Source of the DNA: Lama guanicoe
Lineage: Eukaryota
Assembly: GCA_013239625.1 (NCBI GenBank)
Contig: MU054323.1
Coordinates: forward strand, 1,364,001-1,428,000
Reading direction: 5' to 3'
DNA: 64,000 nucleotides
Positions 1-12,390 of this stretch are shown here, in pieces (the stretch's first letter is position 1; each line of letters begins with the position of its first letter). A program made the translations under genes and the position numbers. The notes under the pieces were generated by a model. It saw only the letters and a list, made by a program, of their open reading frames with translations, was not told the origin of the DNA and did no database searches.

Positions 1-2134
1 TTAACTTTAAAGGTCATAAGAAATTAAGCAAGGGGCAATAAACTACTATAGTGAGTCCATTATGTGCCCTGAGAAATCTTACATGGCACTGAAAAATAGG
101 AAATGCTCAGAAGAGAGAAGCTACATAGGAAAAATGACCTAACCAATTGTACCACAACTGTTAAAGTTCACCCACAAGGTCCTCCTGTGGCTAGAATTAC
201 TTGTGCTATCTGGGATCTGAACTATTTTTCCCTCTTTTCCATTGTTTGTTTTGTTCATAAAGAGCCCATAAATCTTAATATAACTCAGTGTCATGCCATG
301 CCTCTAATGTTTAATAAAAAAAATAAATATTTTTAATTGAGGAAATTAAATTTAACTTTTCCATTAAAATATTTTTTAAGCCAACGCTCTAAGTTATGAA
401 AATTCAAAATACAGTTTCATAAATAGATTGTGAATATGAAGAAATGTTTTTTAACATTTAAAAGGTTAAGATACTATGCACTATGATTAGATACATAACT
501 CTATTTTTTTTATTTCTTCCTTTCTACTTCTTGTCTGTAAGATATAAGAAATAGGAGAATTGACTTTATTTGTATTTAACTTTTTATGTATGACTTCTAT
601 AGCTCCCCAACCAGGTTGTCAGTCTCATAAAAGCAATCAATTTTGATATTCATTGCATATTAAGAAGTTAGCCTGATGTCTTGAATACAATAGCACTCAG
701 TGAAAAAGGAAAGGGGGAAAAGAGGAGGGAAAGAAGAAAAGCAACATAAAAGCAGACAGCAGTTATGAAGTTCATAGAAAAACTGACTTCATTTCAGTTT
801 GACAGCATTTACTATGTATGCATCAGGTACTGTGTTAGGATACAGTTTTACAATCTCTTTACTTGAAAAAGCCACTTAAACTAAATATTAGTTTCATTAT
901 CTGGAATGGGGATGATAATATATTGATAAGAGGATTTAATGATGCAAAATATAGAAAGCACTATAGGCCTCTAAAAAACTATACAAACACATATGAGGAT
1001 AGTAACAGTAAACTCACTAGCTACAATTCTGCAATTCTGTTTAGAAAAAGAATTTCTCCAAAGCTATATGCATCACTAGAAAATGAGAGCATTCATTATA
1101 TTCACTTGGAGCTATAACGTGTAAAGTACTAAAAATTAATTTGCTCTAAATCCCAGAATTTCATTATATGTTTCCTATCCCACAAAACCTCTTTTAATCT
1201 TCCAATGTACTGAACACAAGGCAAATTCTTAAAATTAAAAGAAACTTCAAAATATAAAATAAGAAATAATTTTTCACTGTAAGAAGAGAATTAAGTCCTT
1301 CTATATATTTTCTTTTTAATCCATAATCCCAATGATTTTATATAAAAATAATAAAATGAAAACCTTATCAGTGGCAAATTTACAAATCTCCTGCTAAACT
1401 AAATTGCTCATCTTCATGCTATTCTAAATAGAATCTTCCCCTGCCCTACCCTAATCTACAGTTAATAAAAGTCTTAAGGCTTAGCTTAAATTCTATGTCT
1501 CATATAAATTCTCACTCTCCAACTAGAATCAATCTTTCAAATTTCCGCACCTCCACAGCATGATTATTCACTCTGTTCTGTGTTATCAATATGTTTTTCC
1601 CTTCAATTAGATTAAAACTTCATATCTTTGTAAATCCCACAGTACTTGCCAAGTGCTTTGTATATATCAGATCCTCAAGGAATGTTTACTCAACTGGATA
1701 ATGTGTTTTATCTATTTTAATCTAAAAATATTTCATGCTGTCTTTCAAATTTATCAGTATGTAGTATTTTTCTATGCCTAAAGATTATTAAGTATTTTGT
1801 AAATTTCAAGTATAATCTCAGTTACTTTCACAATTTTATCTCAGTTTAAAACTTTTTCCCTTAATATACTGTCTTTATAAGAAAAAGCTGTTTCACAAAG
1901 GAACTTTATATCCAAGTTCTAGCAAATTCCTAAGCAGTTAAAAGACACATAGGAATATGTTAGCCATAGCTAAGAATTCTACCATAAAATCAGTCTGAGT
2001 CAAAAACAAGAAAGAGTTTCAAAAGTGAGTGTTTTTCCCCTTCTTTTGTTATGAAATTATGCTATCACTCGTGATAAAAAAGGAAAACCAAGCAAAATAC
2101 ATTTTTAAATAAAGTGAAGTTCAAAAGTGCTATA

Positions 2135-2233
2135 TACAGCAATATGAATGTATTTAATGCCACTGAAATGTATACCCAAAAATAATTAAAATGGTAAATT
2201 TGTATTATTACATTTTACTGCAATAAAAAAAAA
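2135..2233 (+). mobile_element. old L1 3' end fragment
   Basis: aatatgaatgtatttaatgccactgaaatgtatac...aaaatggtaaatttg...caataaaaaaaaa is a typical L1M 3' terminus with A-tail. Confidence 0.7.
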
Positions 2234-2807
2234 CTGCCATATCCTTTGAAATAATTGTTTTATAGTAAAAGGACTTCATTAGAACCTGGCACAGAACATT
2301 TTACATGTTAAAGTAAATTGGCCAAACATGTATAGTGGCTGAATTGTATCTTAATAAAGAAAGTGTATTGAAAAGTAAATATTCAAAACATGTAACAGAC
2401 TTCAAACCATAAAGGTAAATATTCCTCAGCCTATGCTTCAAAAGTGGGATCCTTAGGGCAGGAGACCCTATTAGTAATCTTTTTTATTTATAACATAAGG
2501 AATGAGAAAACTCCTTTCTAAAATATTAGTAATAATAGCAATTAGTAATTACATGCTTACTATGCATCAGGAGCTATGCTAAACATTTCATGTTTATTAT
2601 ATCTGTTAATCCATGAAAATCAATCAGATAACCCCTCCTCCACTCCCCTAGCCCCATAATCACAAACATTAGAGCTGCTAAAACCTCTTTTTTTTTCCAG
2701 GTGTGGAAGACAGGTTACTTCCATAGTATTGTCTTCATAACAGACTTCAAAAAATCTAAGCAATCATTCTTATGATACAGAACTGAAATGAATTTAAGAA
2801 AGAGTAC

Positions 2808-2896
2808 CTTACAAGTTAAACAGGCTCAAACCATTCCATGGGTAGTTTCCCTTAAAAGGATGGCTGCTTTATAGAAAGAATGATGAGTAATATGAT
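2808..2896 (-). pseudogene. candidate decayed exon (RGS-like F-x-x-A helix)
   Basis: Acceptor ttcag| at 2898-2897 and donor AAG|GTACTC at 2807. Reads xHITHHSFYKAAILLRETTHGMV*ACLTCK. Confidence 0.35.
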
Positions 2897-3676
2897 CTGA
2901 ATTTTATAAACGAGAGGATTTATAGAAATGAAGTCATTTATTCAGTTCTAGACTCATGATACGCCCTCAATAAATGTTTGTTGAGAGCATAAACAAATGA
3001 ATGTGTTAGGAAACAGATCATATACTTCTTATTTGAGATGCATGAAAGTTATTGATAATCACTACCCTAATCTTTATTTTTTCCTTTCCATCATCCTTTA
3101 ATAGCAAATAAAAGTTGCTAAACTACCTAAAAATACTACACATTCTTTGTTATTTACATTTAATGTCTTTCCCTCTTGATATTTCTCCTTTTATTTCCCA
3201 CAGGGGGTTTCATTTGCAGAACAACTCAGAATATCAGGAGTTATTTTAGTAATTACAATACGCCAAATGAAGAAACATCTGAAGGCCAAAGGAGGCTACA
3301 TGACATATTCAAGTTCATGCAGAGAGAGTCAGAATGAAATCTCAAATCTAACTATTCATTTAGTTATTTAATGAGTTTTGCCTCTTCGATTTTGTCAGCT
3401 AAATCTGTATATTCTTTAAATCTGGAACCATGATATATACATCAATATTCCACACAGTAACTGGCAAACAACTAGACATTTACTGGGTCTAAATACATAT
3501 TTGATGGTTGTTAATAGTCATAGAGTCACAGAATTGGGATTACTAACAGTATTCCATTGTTCATGCAGCACAACACAGGTCATTCATTATACAAGACAGC
3601 ACAAGAGTAACACATTAAAATATTCCCTTATATTGATCAGTGTTTTTGATTCCCACTTAGTAGAAACTTTCCAAGC

Positions 3677-3970
3677 CTAGCATAGACTTTTATAGCCCCA
3701 TCTTAATGTTGACCATTTAGTCTCTGGTGAATTTTGGCTCCGAAGAGCAGCTCTTGCTAACAAAATAGAAGATAAAACCTCCTTTGGAATTATTTTATCA
3801 TGGCTTAAAAATGCTTTGAAACGTCTCTGTTCAAAGAGAAGCTTTTGCCAGTGCTGACAGAGTAGTTCCTTTAAAGACTCCCCATAAAGAAAATCTATGA
3901 GAAAAACTTTCAGAAGTTGATAGGTGGACACAGCCACAGTTTAAAATGAACTATAATTACTGCCCTTTTC
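3677..3970 (-). pseudogene. candidate decayed exon encoding an RGS-like C-terminal half and the start of a next repeat; 3' boundary uncertain
   Basis: Strong acceptor ccttctattttcttttaag| at 3972-3971, phase 0. Reads EKGSNYSSF*TVAVSTYQLLKVFLIDFLYGESLKELLCQHWQKLLFEQRRFKAFLSHD..., which includes ORF 3677-3937. Confidence 0.5.
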
Positions 3971-4067
3971 CTTAAAAGAAAATAGAAGGTGAAAACCTAA
4001 AACATTTGAGACTTAAGCTGTCTCCTAGAAGATTCTTTGCTTAGAAAAGTTAAGATTACAAGAGCCT

Positions 4068-4550
4068 TAAATGCATATTGCTAAGTGAAAGAAGCCAATC
4101 TGCAAATACATAATGTATGACTCCAACTATATGATATTATGGAAAAGACAAAACTATAAATACAGTGAAAAGATGACTGGGTGTCAGAAGCTGTGGGGGT
4201 AGCAGGAAGTGACGAGGGATGAATAGGTGAAGCAGAGAAGGTTTGGGGGGCAGTGAAACTATTCTGTATGGTATTGTAATGGTGGATACATGGCATTATG
4301 CATTTGACAAAACTCATAGGACTGTATATCACAAAGAGTGAACTCCAAAATAAACTATAAACTTCAGTTAATAATAGTGTATCCGTTTTGGTTCAATAAT
4401 TGTAACACTTGTACCACAGCAGTGCAAGATATTAATTATAGGGGAACTGGGGAGGAAGAGTGGATAGTAGTATATGGAAACTCAGCACTTTCAATTGAAT
4501 TTTTCTGTAAATCTAAGACTATTTTAAGAAGTAAGGTCTATTAATTTTTA
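4068..4550 (+). mobile_element. L1M (L1MC-like) 3' UTR fragment
   Basis: aatgcatattgctaagtgaaagaagccaatctg...gtgaaactattctgtatggtattgtaatggtggatacatggcattatgcatttg...tatatggaaactc...ttttctgtaaatctaagact. Confidence 0.85.
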
Positions 4551-4600
4551 AAGTTAGTATTATAAAAATGTTAATGGTTTGTAAAACTTTGCTCTCTCAT

Positions 4601-4832
4601 TTCTTAACAAGAGTTTTAATCTAGCACAAGAGTTTGTATCTCTTCAGATAAACACATTTTCAGCTCTATAGAACTTTGTGACATTGTATATTTATGAATT
4701 TTGGGTGCTATTACACTTTATTTCTCTGTAATCACCTCCAAACTGCTCTTTCTTTATATATAGCACCTTCAAAAATATTTCTAGATCAGCTTCAACTTTG
4801 TGACATTCTAAATACTTCAAGAAATTTATTTC
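4601..4832 (-). pseudogene. candidate decayed exon encoding RGS-like helices 3-6
   Basis: Acceptor cttttttgacag| at 4834-4833. Reads EINFLKYLECHKVEADLEIFLKVLYIKKEQFGGDYRE, then after a 1-nt frameshift near 4720 SVIAPKIHKYTMSQSSIELKMCLSEEIQTLVLD*. Possible mutated donor |ATGAGA at 4600. Confidence 0.5.
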
Positions 4833-5899
4833 CTGTCAAAAAAGTTTTAATTATTAAATAAAAGGTTAAAAATAAATATGAATTTTCTATTTTAGAGATA
4901 TAAATTTGTATATACACAAAATTACACATTGGGCTAATTTCTATACTACTCTGCAATGTGCAAATTAAAATTTTCTATCAATAAATTTGTAGTTTGTCAT
5001 ACTCAAAAAAAGGAAGAGATTTGAGATGTGTAAACAAATTTTGTGAAAATATATAAAATGTTTGAGCAACATGCTACTAAAATGATTAGAAAATGAAGTG
5101 CCAGCTGGAAGACTCTGATCCACTCAGCAGGCTATAAAAGAACCCTTTGTTTTTGCCCATTGCAAATAAGTGGCCTGTAATAATAATCAGATAACTTTGG
5201 TTACTGACACTAAGTCTGTATGTCCTATAGCAAGTTGTCCTACTCATAAAGGCACTTGATGGCTGATAATGACGATGACAGTAATGATGAGGATAATCTT
5301 TCTAAGTGCAGATTTAGTATAGTAGTAGATTAGCAAGGTATTGTGAAGTAAACTTGAAAAGACACAGAAAAAAAAACTTTATAAAACATTCATTTTTGCC
5401 TATAGATGAAAGTACATAGAAGATTTTGTAAAGTTTTGTTGAAAATCAAGAATAAAAAATTAGTGTGTAAATCAATTTAAGCAGATATTAGTCATATTAA
5501 AAAGCACTTATGCAAGCCTTATAAGGAAAAAATTGGACTCTGTGTTGAAGCTGCACTAAATACTGAAGGAGACAGGGTAAGCAAGAAAGAGCCAAAGACA
5601 TAAATGCCAAAAACTCCCACTGAATTTAGCTATATTCTCTTCTGCAAACCGAAAAAAGCTATAAACATAGTAGATTTATCAATAAAAAATATAAAGCCAA
5701 GCATAAGAAATCATGAAATAAATGTTATATTAGCATTCAGCATATAATCAATAAATATTTTTGAGTACTGATAAAGGGCTTTAGAGACTAAAAATGTTTT
5801 GAAAATTATGCGAATGCACAAGCTTAGATAGGTGAAGAGACAAATAGTATGGACGGGTGTAATAAATGTTCTATAGTGAATTTAAAATAAAGCACTATT

Positions 5900-6059
5900 T
5901 TTTATTGAAGTATAGTTGATATTGTGTTAGTTTCAGGTGTACAGCAAAGTGATTTTATTATATATACATGTATACGTTCTTTTTAAAATTATTTTCCATT
6001 ATAAGTTATTATAAGATATTGAATATAATTCCCTGTGCTATACTAAATTGTTGTTTAAG
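5900..6059 (-). mobile_element. 5'-truncated artiodactyl-type L1 3' end with 11-bp TSD
   Basis: tttattgaagtatagttgat...tttcaggtgtacagcaaagtgatt...ccctgtgctatac, flanked by AAAGCACTATT at 5889-5899 and 6060-6070. Confidence 0.85.
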
Positions 6060-6494
6060 AAAGCACTATTGTTATTCATGGGACATAGTAATCATAAAAT
6101 GTTCAAGTAGTTGGCAAAAGCATTATAGAGGTTATGGCATAAGGATAGATATGATTTAAATAGGCAAGAGAGGAGAAGACCTTATGAGAGGAAAGATTAT
6201 GAGTAAAATGGGAAAATATTAGTTGAAGAAAGTGAAGCATTAACAGAATCTTTTAACTGTCGGGAAATTGTGGGGTGATCACCTGGAAAGTTATATTAGG
6301 TCAAGTCACATTATAAAAAGAATGGAAAATGATGAATAGGTCAGCGAACTCCTTAGAAGAAGAAAGCAACAGATTTGATAGTAAGGAATAAATGTCAGGT
6401 AGAAGAGTGAATGATGACTGGCAGGATTTTAGGTATAATGAATTGAAGTTATTGACCTGTAGCAATGTGGAAATTAGAGCAGTATAAGATAGCA

Positions 6495-6705
6495 GGTAGG
6501 AGTTTGGGCCCTGAGGCAGACTGCCTGGGTTTGAATTCTAATTCTGCCAATAAATACTTTGTGACCTTAGAGAAGTTATTTAAACTCACAGTGTAAAATA
6601 GAGATAGAAATAGCATCTGACTATGAGGTTATTTAAAGATTAAAGTATTTAATATATGTAAAGATCTTAGAATAGCTCATAGTATGCATTTAATGAATAT
6701 TAATT
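6495..6705 (+). mobile_element. MIR SINE
   Basis: cagactgcctgggtttgaattctaattctgcca...tgtgaccttagagaagttatttaa core. Confidence 0.8.
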
Positions 6706-8304
6706 TTTTATTACTGTTAAACAATTGACATTAGAATTTAAGAAACACATAATTTGATGCCAAAACCACAGATTTGGTATGATAGATGACCCCATCAAAT
6801 TGGTGAGATTTCTAAGGAATCAATACAGAAACAAAGAGCAGAAGTCCATGGACTAAACTTTGGAGTTTGCTTTATATCTAAGATCAGAAAGCAAAACAAA
6901 CAGTATAGTCAGAAAAATAAGAGGTCCTGTATTATCACAAAGTGATGGTTTCCAAGATGCAAGGCAGCTAAGCAATGCAAAGAAATAAAAGAGTATGCAA
7001 ACTGAAAAACGGCCAAAGCCTTCAGTGACTCTTAACAGTGTTCTTTCTAGTAAAAGGAGGCAGGGGAAGACAAAAAGAAATAATAAAGACTCTGAGGAGA
7101 GAAGAGAAGGAATATGTGTATATATAGATGGAAGATTTACAAAATAAAAGAGTAGGAATTAGAGCTACTGGATGTAGGGCAGTGAAATAAAGGAAAGAAA
7201 TTGAAGTGACAATTTGTCAGGCAGCAGAATCAATCACAAAGATCTTTTAAGAAGAAGGAAACATGGATTATGTAACTAAGTATGTCAATAAAATAATACT
7301 TATTAAAATAATTAATATTATGTTAAAGTGGTATTAAGAATATTTTTGAAAGATAAAATCAGAATTTCTAAAGTTGCTTTAAAAGTTAATGTAGTTGTAG
7401 TCAAAATTTCAGATTCACTAAACCTATTTAACTTCAAGTTTCAGTTTCTTTAGCACTAATATTTTTTCTCCTTTTAATCTCAAATTTTTAACATGTTGAA
7501 ATATATAAATTATTGACTTTATTAAACATTCTATTAAAAAGAATAGCTATAAAATAGGCAACAACTGAGAATACTTTATATGCTTGTTAATAATAAAATA
7601 TTGTTTTATAGAAATATATAGGGGCAAAGAACTGTTAACAGTTGTTTCCTCCATCAAGGAAAATTGGATAGATGAATGTTAAAAAGGAAGAGAGGGACTT
7701 ACATTCACTCTTTCTTTTTTTTCTTTACCCTTTGCATTCGGTGCCATGTCTGGATATTAACTTTTCAAAACTAAATAACTAAATAAAATTTTAAAGATTA
7801 TTTAAAGGTAAACATATAAGTAAAAAGGCAAAAATAAATAAAAATTTACTCTAATAGCTGTTTTTTGACTAACAAAAAGGAAATAAGTAATCAAAAATTT
7901 TAATTTATTTACTGACTTTATAAGGATTTTTAAATGGGATATGAGATAGGACATTAAATTTTGAGAATTATTTTTATCATTTAGTTTTTGAAATTATTTA
8001 AAAATCATACATGCTTTTACTTTGTTTTACCTTATTTTTCTTTTCATAAAAAGAGAGAAAGACATTTAAAATCCTAACAAGTTAAACAACTGAATTTCTG
8101 AAGAAAGATCCATAATAAGTGATCAAGATTCAAGCTTTGTTTTGACATCTTTGGCTCAAGGAGAAAATGCAACAAAGAATAGCAAAGAAAAGGGAAGAGA
8201 CCTTTAAATTCCAGGAGGCACAGAACTATCTGCCTCCAAAGGAAAAGTTTAATCAACATGATACATTTAAGACATATCTACTCTTGTTCATACTGTTGAT
8301 TCTT

Positions 8305-8870
8305 GCATTCAGCTAATATTTATTGAATACTTATTATGTCAAGCACCATTCCTGTGCATTTGGAAGAGAGTAATAAATAAAACAGGAAAAACTTTTGCCA
8401 CTCCTCCTCCGAGAGTTTAAAATCTAGTGGGAAGGGCAGACAATAAACAAGATAACTAAGTAAAATGTATAGTATGTTGACAGCAAAGTATTAATGAGGA
8501 AAAGATAAAAGCATGGAAGGGGCATCTGAACACTAACAGAGAGAAAAAGCCACACTGAGAAAGTGACATCTGAGTATACAGGTCTATGGAAAGGAGTGCA
8601 GGGCAGATATTTTGGGAATTAGCATTGCAGGAAAGGAAAGCAAATGAAAAAACCCTGAGCAAGGAATATTCCTAATGTATCCAACAAACAAGGCCAGTGG
8701 GATTTCAATAGAATGAACAAGGAGCAAGAAGTAGAGAAGAGTTTAGGTAATTGAGAGGGTCAAATCATCATATACCTTTATACATCGAAGTAAGAATTTC
8801 AGCTTTTTATCTGAGTGAAACTGGAAGTCTTTAGAAAGTTTTGAGCAGAGTTGTGATGTGCTATGAGTCA
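8305..8870 (-). mobile_element. L2 3' fragment
   Basis: cattcagctaatatttattgaatacttattatgtcaagcac... and gaaactggaagtctttagaaagttttgagcagag motifs of antisense L2. Confidence 0.7.
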
Positions 8871-9545
8871 AATTCAGGGAAGAGATCTCAAGACTTCTTT
8901 TTTTCTTTTTTTAATTATATGTACTCCAAATTACAAAATTTATTAAATTACAGAAACCATTATAATTACAGAGACTTTTAGATCATAAATTTATTCTTTT
9001 TCCCATAGCCTGGATAGGTCAAATAGTTCAATGGCTACTTCCTCTGAATTTGCTGTTATAGCATGAGCCTGTGCTTAAAAAAACAAAAACAACAACAAAA
9101 ACGTGAAATAGGAATGTCTGAAGGATAGTTTCAAATAATATATTTTACAACTAAGTGGAAAAAATATAATTTGAAATCATTCTGATACCTTTATATCCTA
9201 GTCCCCTTAGCCCAAAAGATAATTTTTAGTGGTATAAATTCCTTCACAAACTATTGTATGTCTATGCAAATATACGTAATGTGTGTGTAATTAGAAAAGT
9301 TTCCCAAACTGGTGGCTGACTCTATAAATACTTCTATGTAGCCATTTAGATAGAACTAAAGATCAACTTTATCACATATTTTGTTTTTTGTTTCGCTTAA
9401 CTAAATAAAGTTAAAAGGATAATATTAACTCAGAAGTTTGTATACTTAAGGTACTGACTATTAACATCAGTTTTTCAAGTTGATTAAATGGAAGGCTCTG
9501 TTTCTCTTCTCATGCTCACTGTTAATGCATCTAAAAGCTTGTTAC

Positions 9546-9772
9546 TTTAAAATAACACAGATGTATTCTAAGGTCGAAAAAAAGCAAGTATTTTTGACGT
9601 GGCTTTTCATCCTTTGAACATTTTTCTTCTGATCTGAAAGCATTCAACTTTTACATCTTAAGAACAAAGATTTAAAAAAAAAACAAAAAAACAAAAACAA
9701 GGTGGAGGGAGGGTGGATTTCAATTTAAAATGTCTTCTACCATCACTCCCAATGCAGATTCTCTGAATCCGG
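9546..9772 (-). pseudogene. candidate decayed exon of an RGS22/RGSL1-like gene (RGS-like domain N-terminal part)
   Basis: Acceptor gtttttgtcttcatag| at 9774-9773, donor |GTAACA at 9545. Reads (A)GFRESALGVMVEDILN, is then interrupted by an A-rich insert flanked by ATTTAAAA repeats, then gives LCS*DVKVECF or, in another frame, KLNAFRSEEKCSKDEKPRQKYLLFFDLRIHLCYFK. Confidence 0.4.
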
Positions 9773-11757
9773 CTATGAAGACAAAAACAAAAGAGCCAAA
9801 ATGTAACATTCCTCCTATCCTCCAACCTTCTAGTTCCAGAGACAAAAACTCATAGAACTAGGCAGAAGGGGGAAGGTGATGTCTGTTTTTGTGTGCATAT
9901 ATGTGTTTTAGTAGGAGGTACTGGAGGGGAAGGGTGCTTGAATAATGACACTAGTACAAGCAAGTTTCCCATTTGGGGATCTGTAATCTCATCAAATATT
10001 TTTTATGAGAAAAGCTCTACAGATCAAAGTAGTAACGGGGCAATAGTATGGAAAACCACTATAGCAGTATACTATGTGCCAGGAGTTTAAACTTATCCCA
10101 TAGTCAGTTAAGAGTGTGAAAGAACCAGTAGTGGTTTTAAGTTTATATATCATTTATTAGAGAAAGATTAAAGGCATATATAAAAGCCTCCTAAAATTAG
10201 GAATAAGATTGGAAGCACAAGAATTTGCTCTAGAGAAAATGATATGAGAACAGAATTTAATATTGATACATAGCAACAGAAAAATAGGGAAAAAGATCAA
10301 GGTTTGTGAAGGCAAACCTTGATTGTGATGAGGTCTACTTTGTATGAAGATATAAAAAAATGCAACATGAGACTTACAATAATAATAAAAAGAAGGAAGA
10401 GGAAGATGAGGACCCTTGCAGAAAAAAGCTGAGGGAGTATCTTCATGAGACTCAAAGGACTAGACATACTCTTGGAAGATAATCTAATTCGGAATACAGA
10501 AAAAAACTCCAGGAAAAGTCAAACATTCTAAATACTTATTAATTATTGAATAGTTACTATGTATCAGTAAACTGTTATTCATTATTGATTAGTTTCTATC
10601 AGAGCTATTATAAATACATCACATGTATTAGCTCATTTAATCATCATAGTGATGCTGCAGATAATATTATCCTCTTTTTAGAAATGAGGATTTGCCCAAG
10701 GTCATAAAGCTATAAAGAATTCAAAAAGAAATAGCTATTATGAGCAGGTGTAGAAATTTATTCACTCATACACTCTAATAAAATTGTATGGGTACTTACA
10801 AGGGGTAGGTACTATTCTAGGCACTGGGGATATATTAGTAGGGGGAGGAGAAAGAAACCTGCCTTCAAGAGTCTTGCATTCTAACAAGGTAAAAATTAAA
10901 TAGGGTGTGAAAAGGTGATGAGTTCTGTAGGGGAAAACAAGAAATTGGAGCAGGATATGGAAGTTGGAAAGTACACGGTAGGGGAAGGAAATTAATAGAG
11001 TTGAATCTGAAATGGTTTTTAGCGTGTCTGAGAACCCTGGCTTGTAATGGGATAATTTAATCAAGTCACATTTATTTTGTGAATTGATATATTAGTCTTC
11101 CTTCTGTCATTGTATGCTTTCTCACATCTCACATTCATGTTTTCTTAATGCTTCCTTCTTTCCTTACTTTTTTGCTAAGTAGCCCACTTTATTGTTATTT
11201 CTCTGCCAAGTATTTTGAAATGTATTTCTCTACTGATGGTTACCTTTAAATTATGTGTATCTTATATTTCTCTACCAACCTCAAGCATGGAAAGTAAGCT
11301 CCACACAGCAAGGCCTCATACATGTCTTCTTATGTATTCTATTATTGAGCCTAACACAGTAACAGAAATGTCAAAATATTTTTAAGAGTGAATAAATTAA
11401 TAGTAGGTATTAACTACATGATCACAATTCTGCTCTGGGGCCAAAGATAGACTCTAGAGAGGGAAACAAAAATTAGAAAGTGAATGCAAAGAAAAATGAA
11501 AAAAAAAAAAAAACTGCTACAGAGGACAGTGCCTCTATCCTAATCCTGATACTAAATGATCTTGAGAAATTTACCTATACTATTTTTTTCACTTGAAAAA
11601 TAGGGAGAGTGTATGAAACAGTGGTTCATCACCTTCTTATGAGTCACAGATCCTTTAGAGAAAACTATAAACACTATCAACATTCTCCATAAAAGCTTTA
11701 TATACATATATCATGAAAAATAATAACTTGACATGTTTTATAAGATTATGAAAAGAC

Positions 11758-11763
11758 TTTAAT
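11758..11763 (-). promoter_or_regulatory. candidate RAD51AP2 polyadenylation signal ATTAAA
   Basis: ATTAAA on the minus strand ~250 nt after the stop codon; position is plausible but unverified. Confidence 0.35.
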
Positions 11764-11835
11764 GTGTACACTGTTAATATGATATGAAAATACTAATGAA
11801 ATATTTCATAACATTTAAAGGTAATTAAATAATTT

Positions 11836-11860
11836 ACACATACATACACACACACACACA
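11836..11860. repeat. (CA/TA)n microsatellite in the RAD51AP2 3' region
   Basis: acacatacatacacacacacacaca. Confidence 0.8.
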
Positions 11861-12009
11861 AAACCCTCCCCATATTTTATAATAAAGAAAGCCCAAAACT
11901 CTCAAGCTGGAAGAAAGCATTTATCCAAAGAAAGAAACAAAAAATTTACAGATTGAAACGTTTTGAAATATTAAAGTCCAGTATCTTCTTTTAAGTTCTC
12001 GTAACATAT

Positions 12010-12198
<189 letters not shown>

Positions 12199-12214
12199 TT
12201 ACTAACTCCTAATC

Positions 12215-12390
12215 ATGATCCTAGCAACATTTACTGAGTCATTGAGCTAAGTGCTTTGACTGCATTAGTTTACTTAATCCTATCTCTATTTTTGAAATGT
12301 GGAAAACTCAGCACAAAAAGGTTAAGCAACTTGCTCAACATTAAATAGCAGCTAAATAAAATTAGCATTCCAGTCAGGCAGTCTGACTTA
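12215..12390 (-). mobile_element. MIR SINE in RAD51AP2 intron 2
   Basis: ggaaaactcagcacaaaaaggttaagcaacttgctcaac antisense MIR core. Confidence 0.65.
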
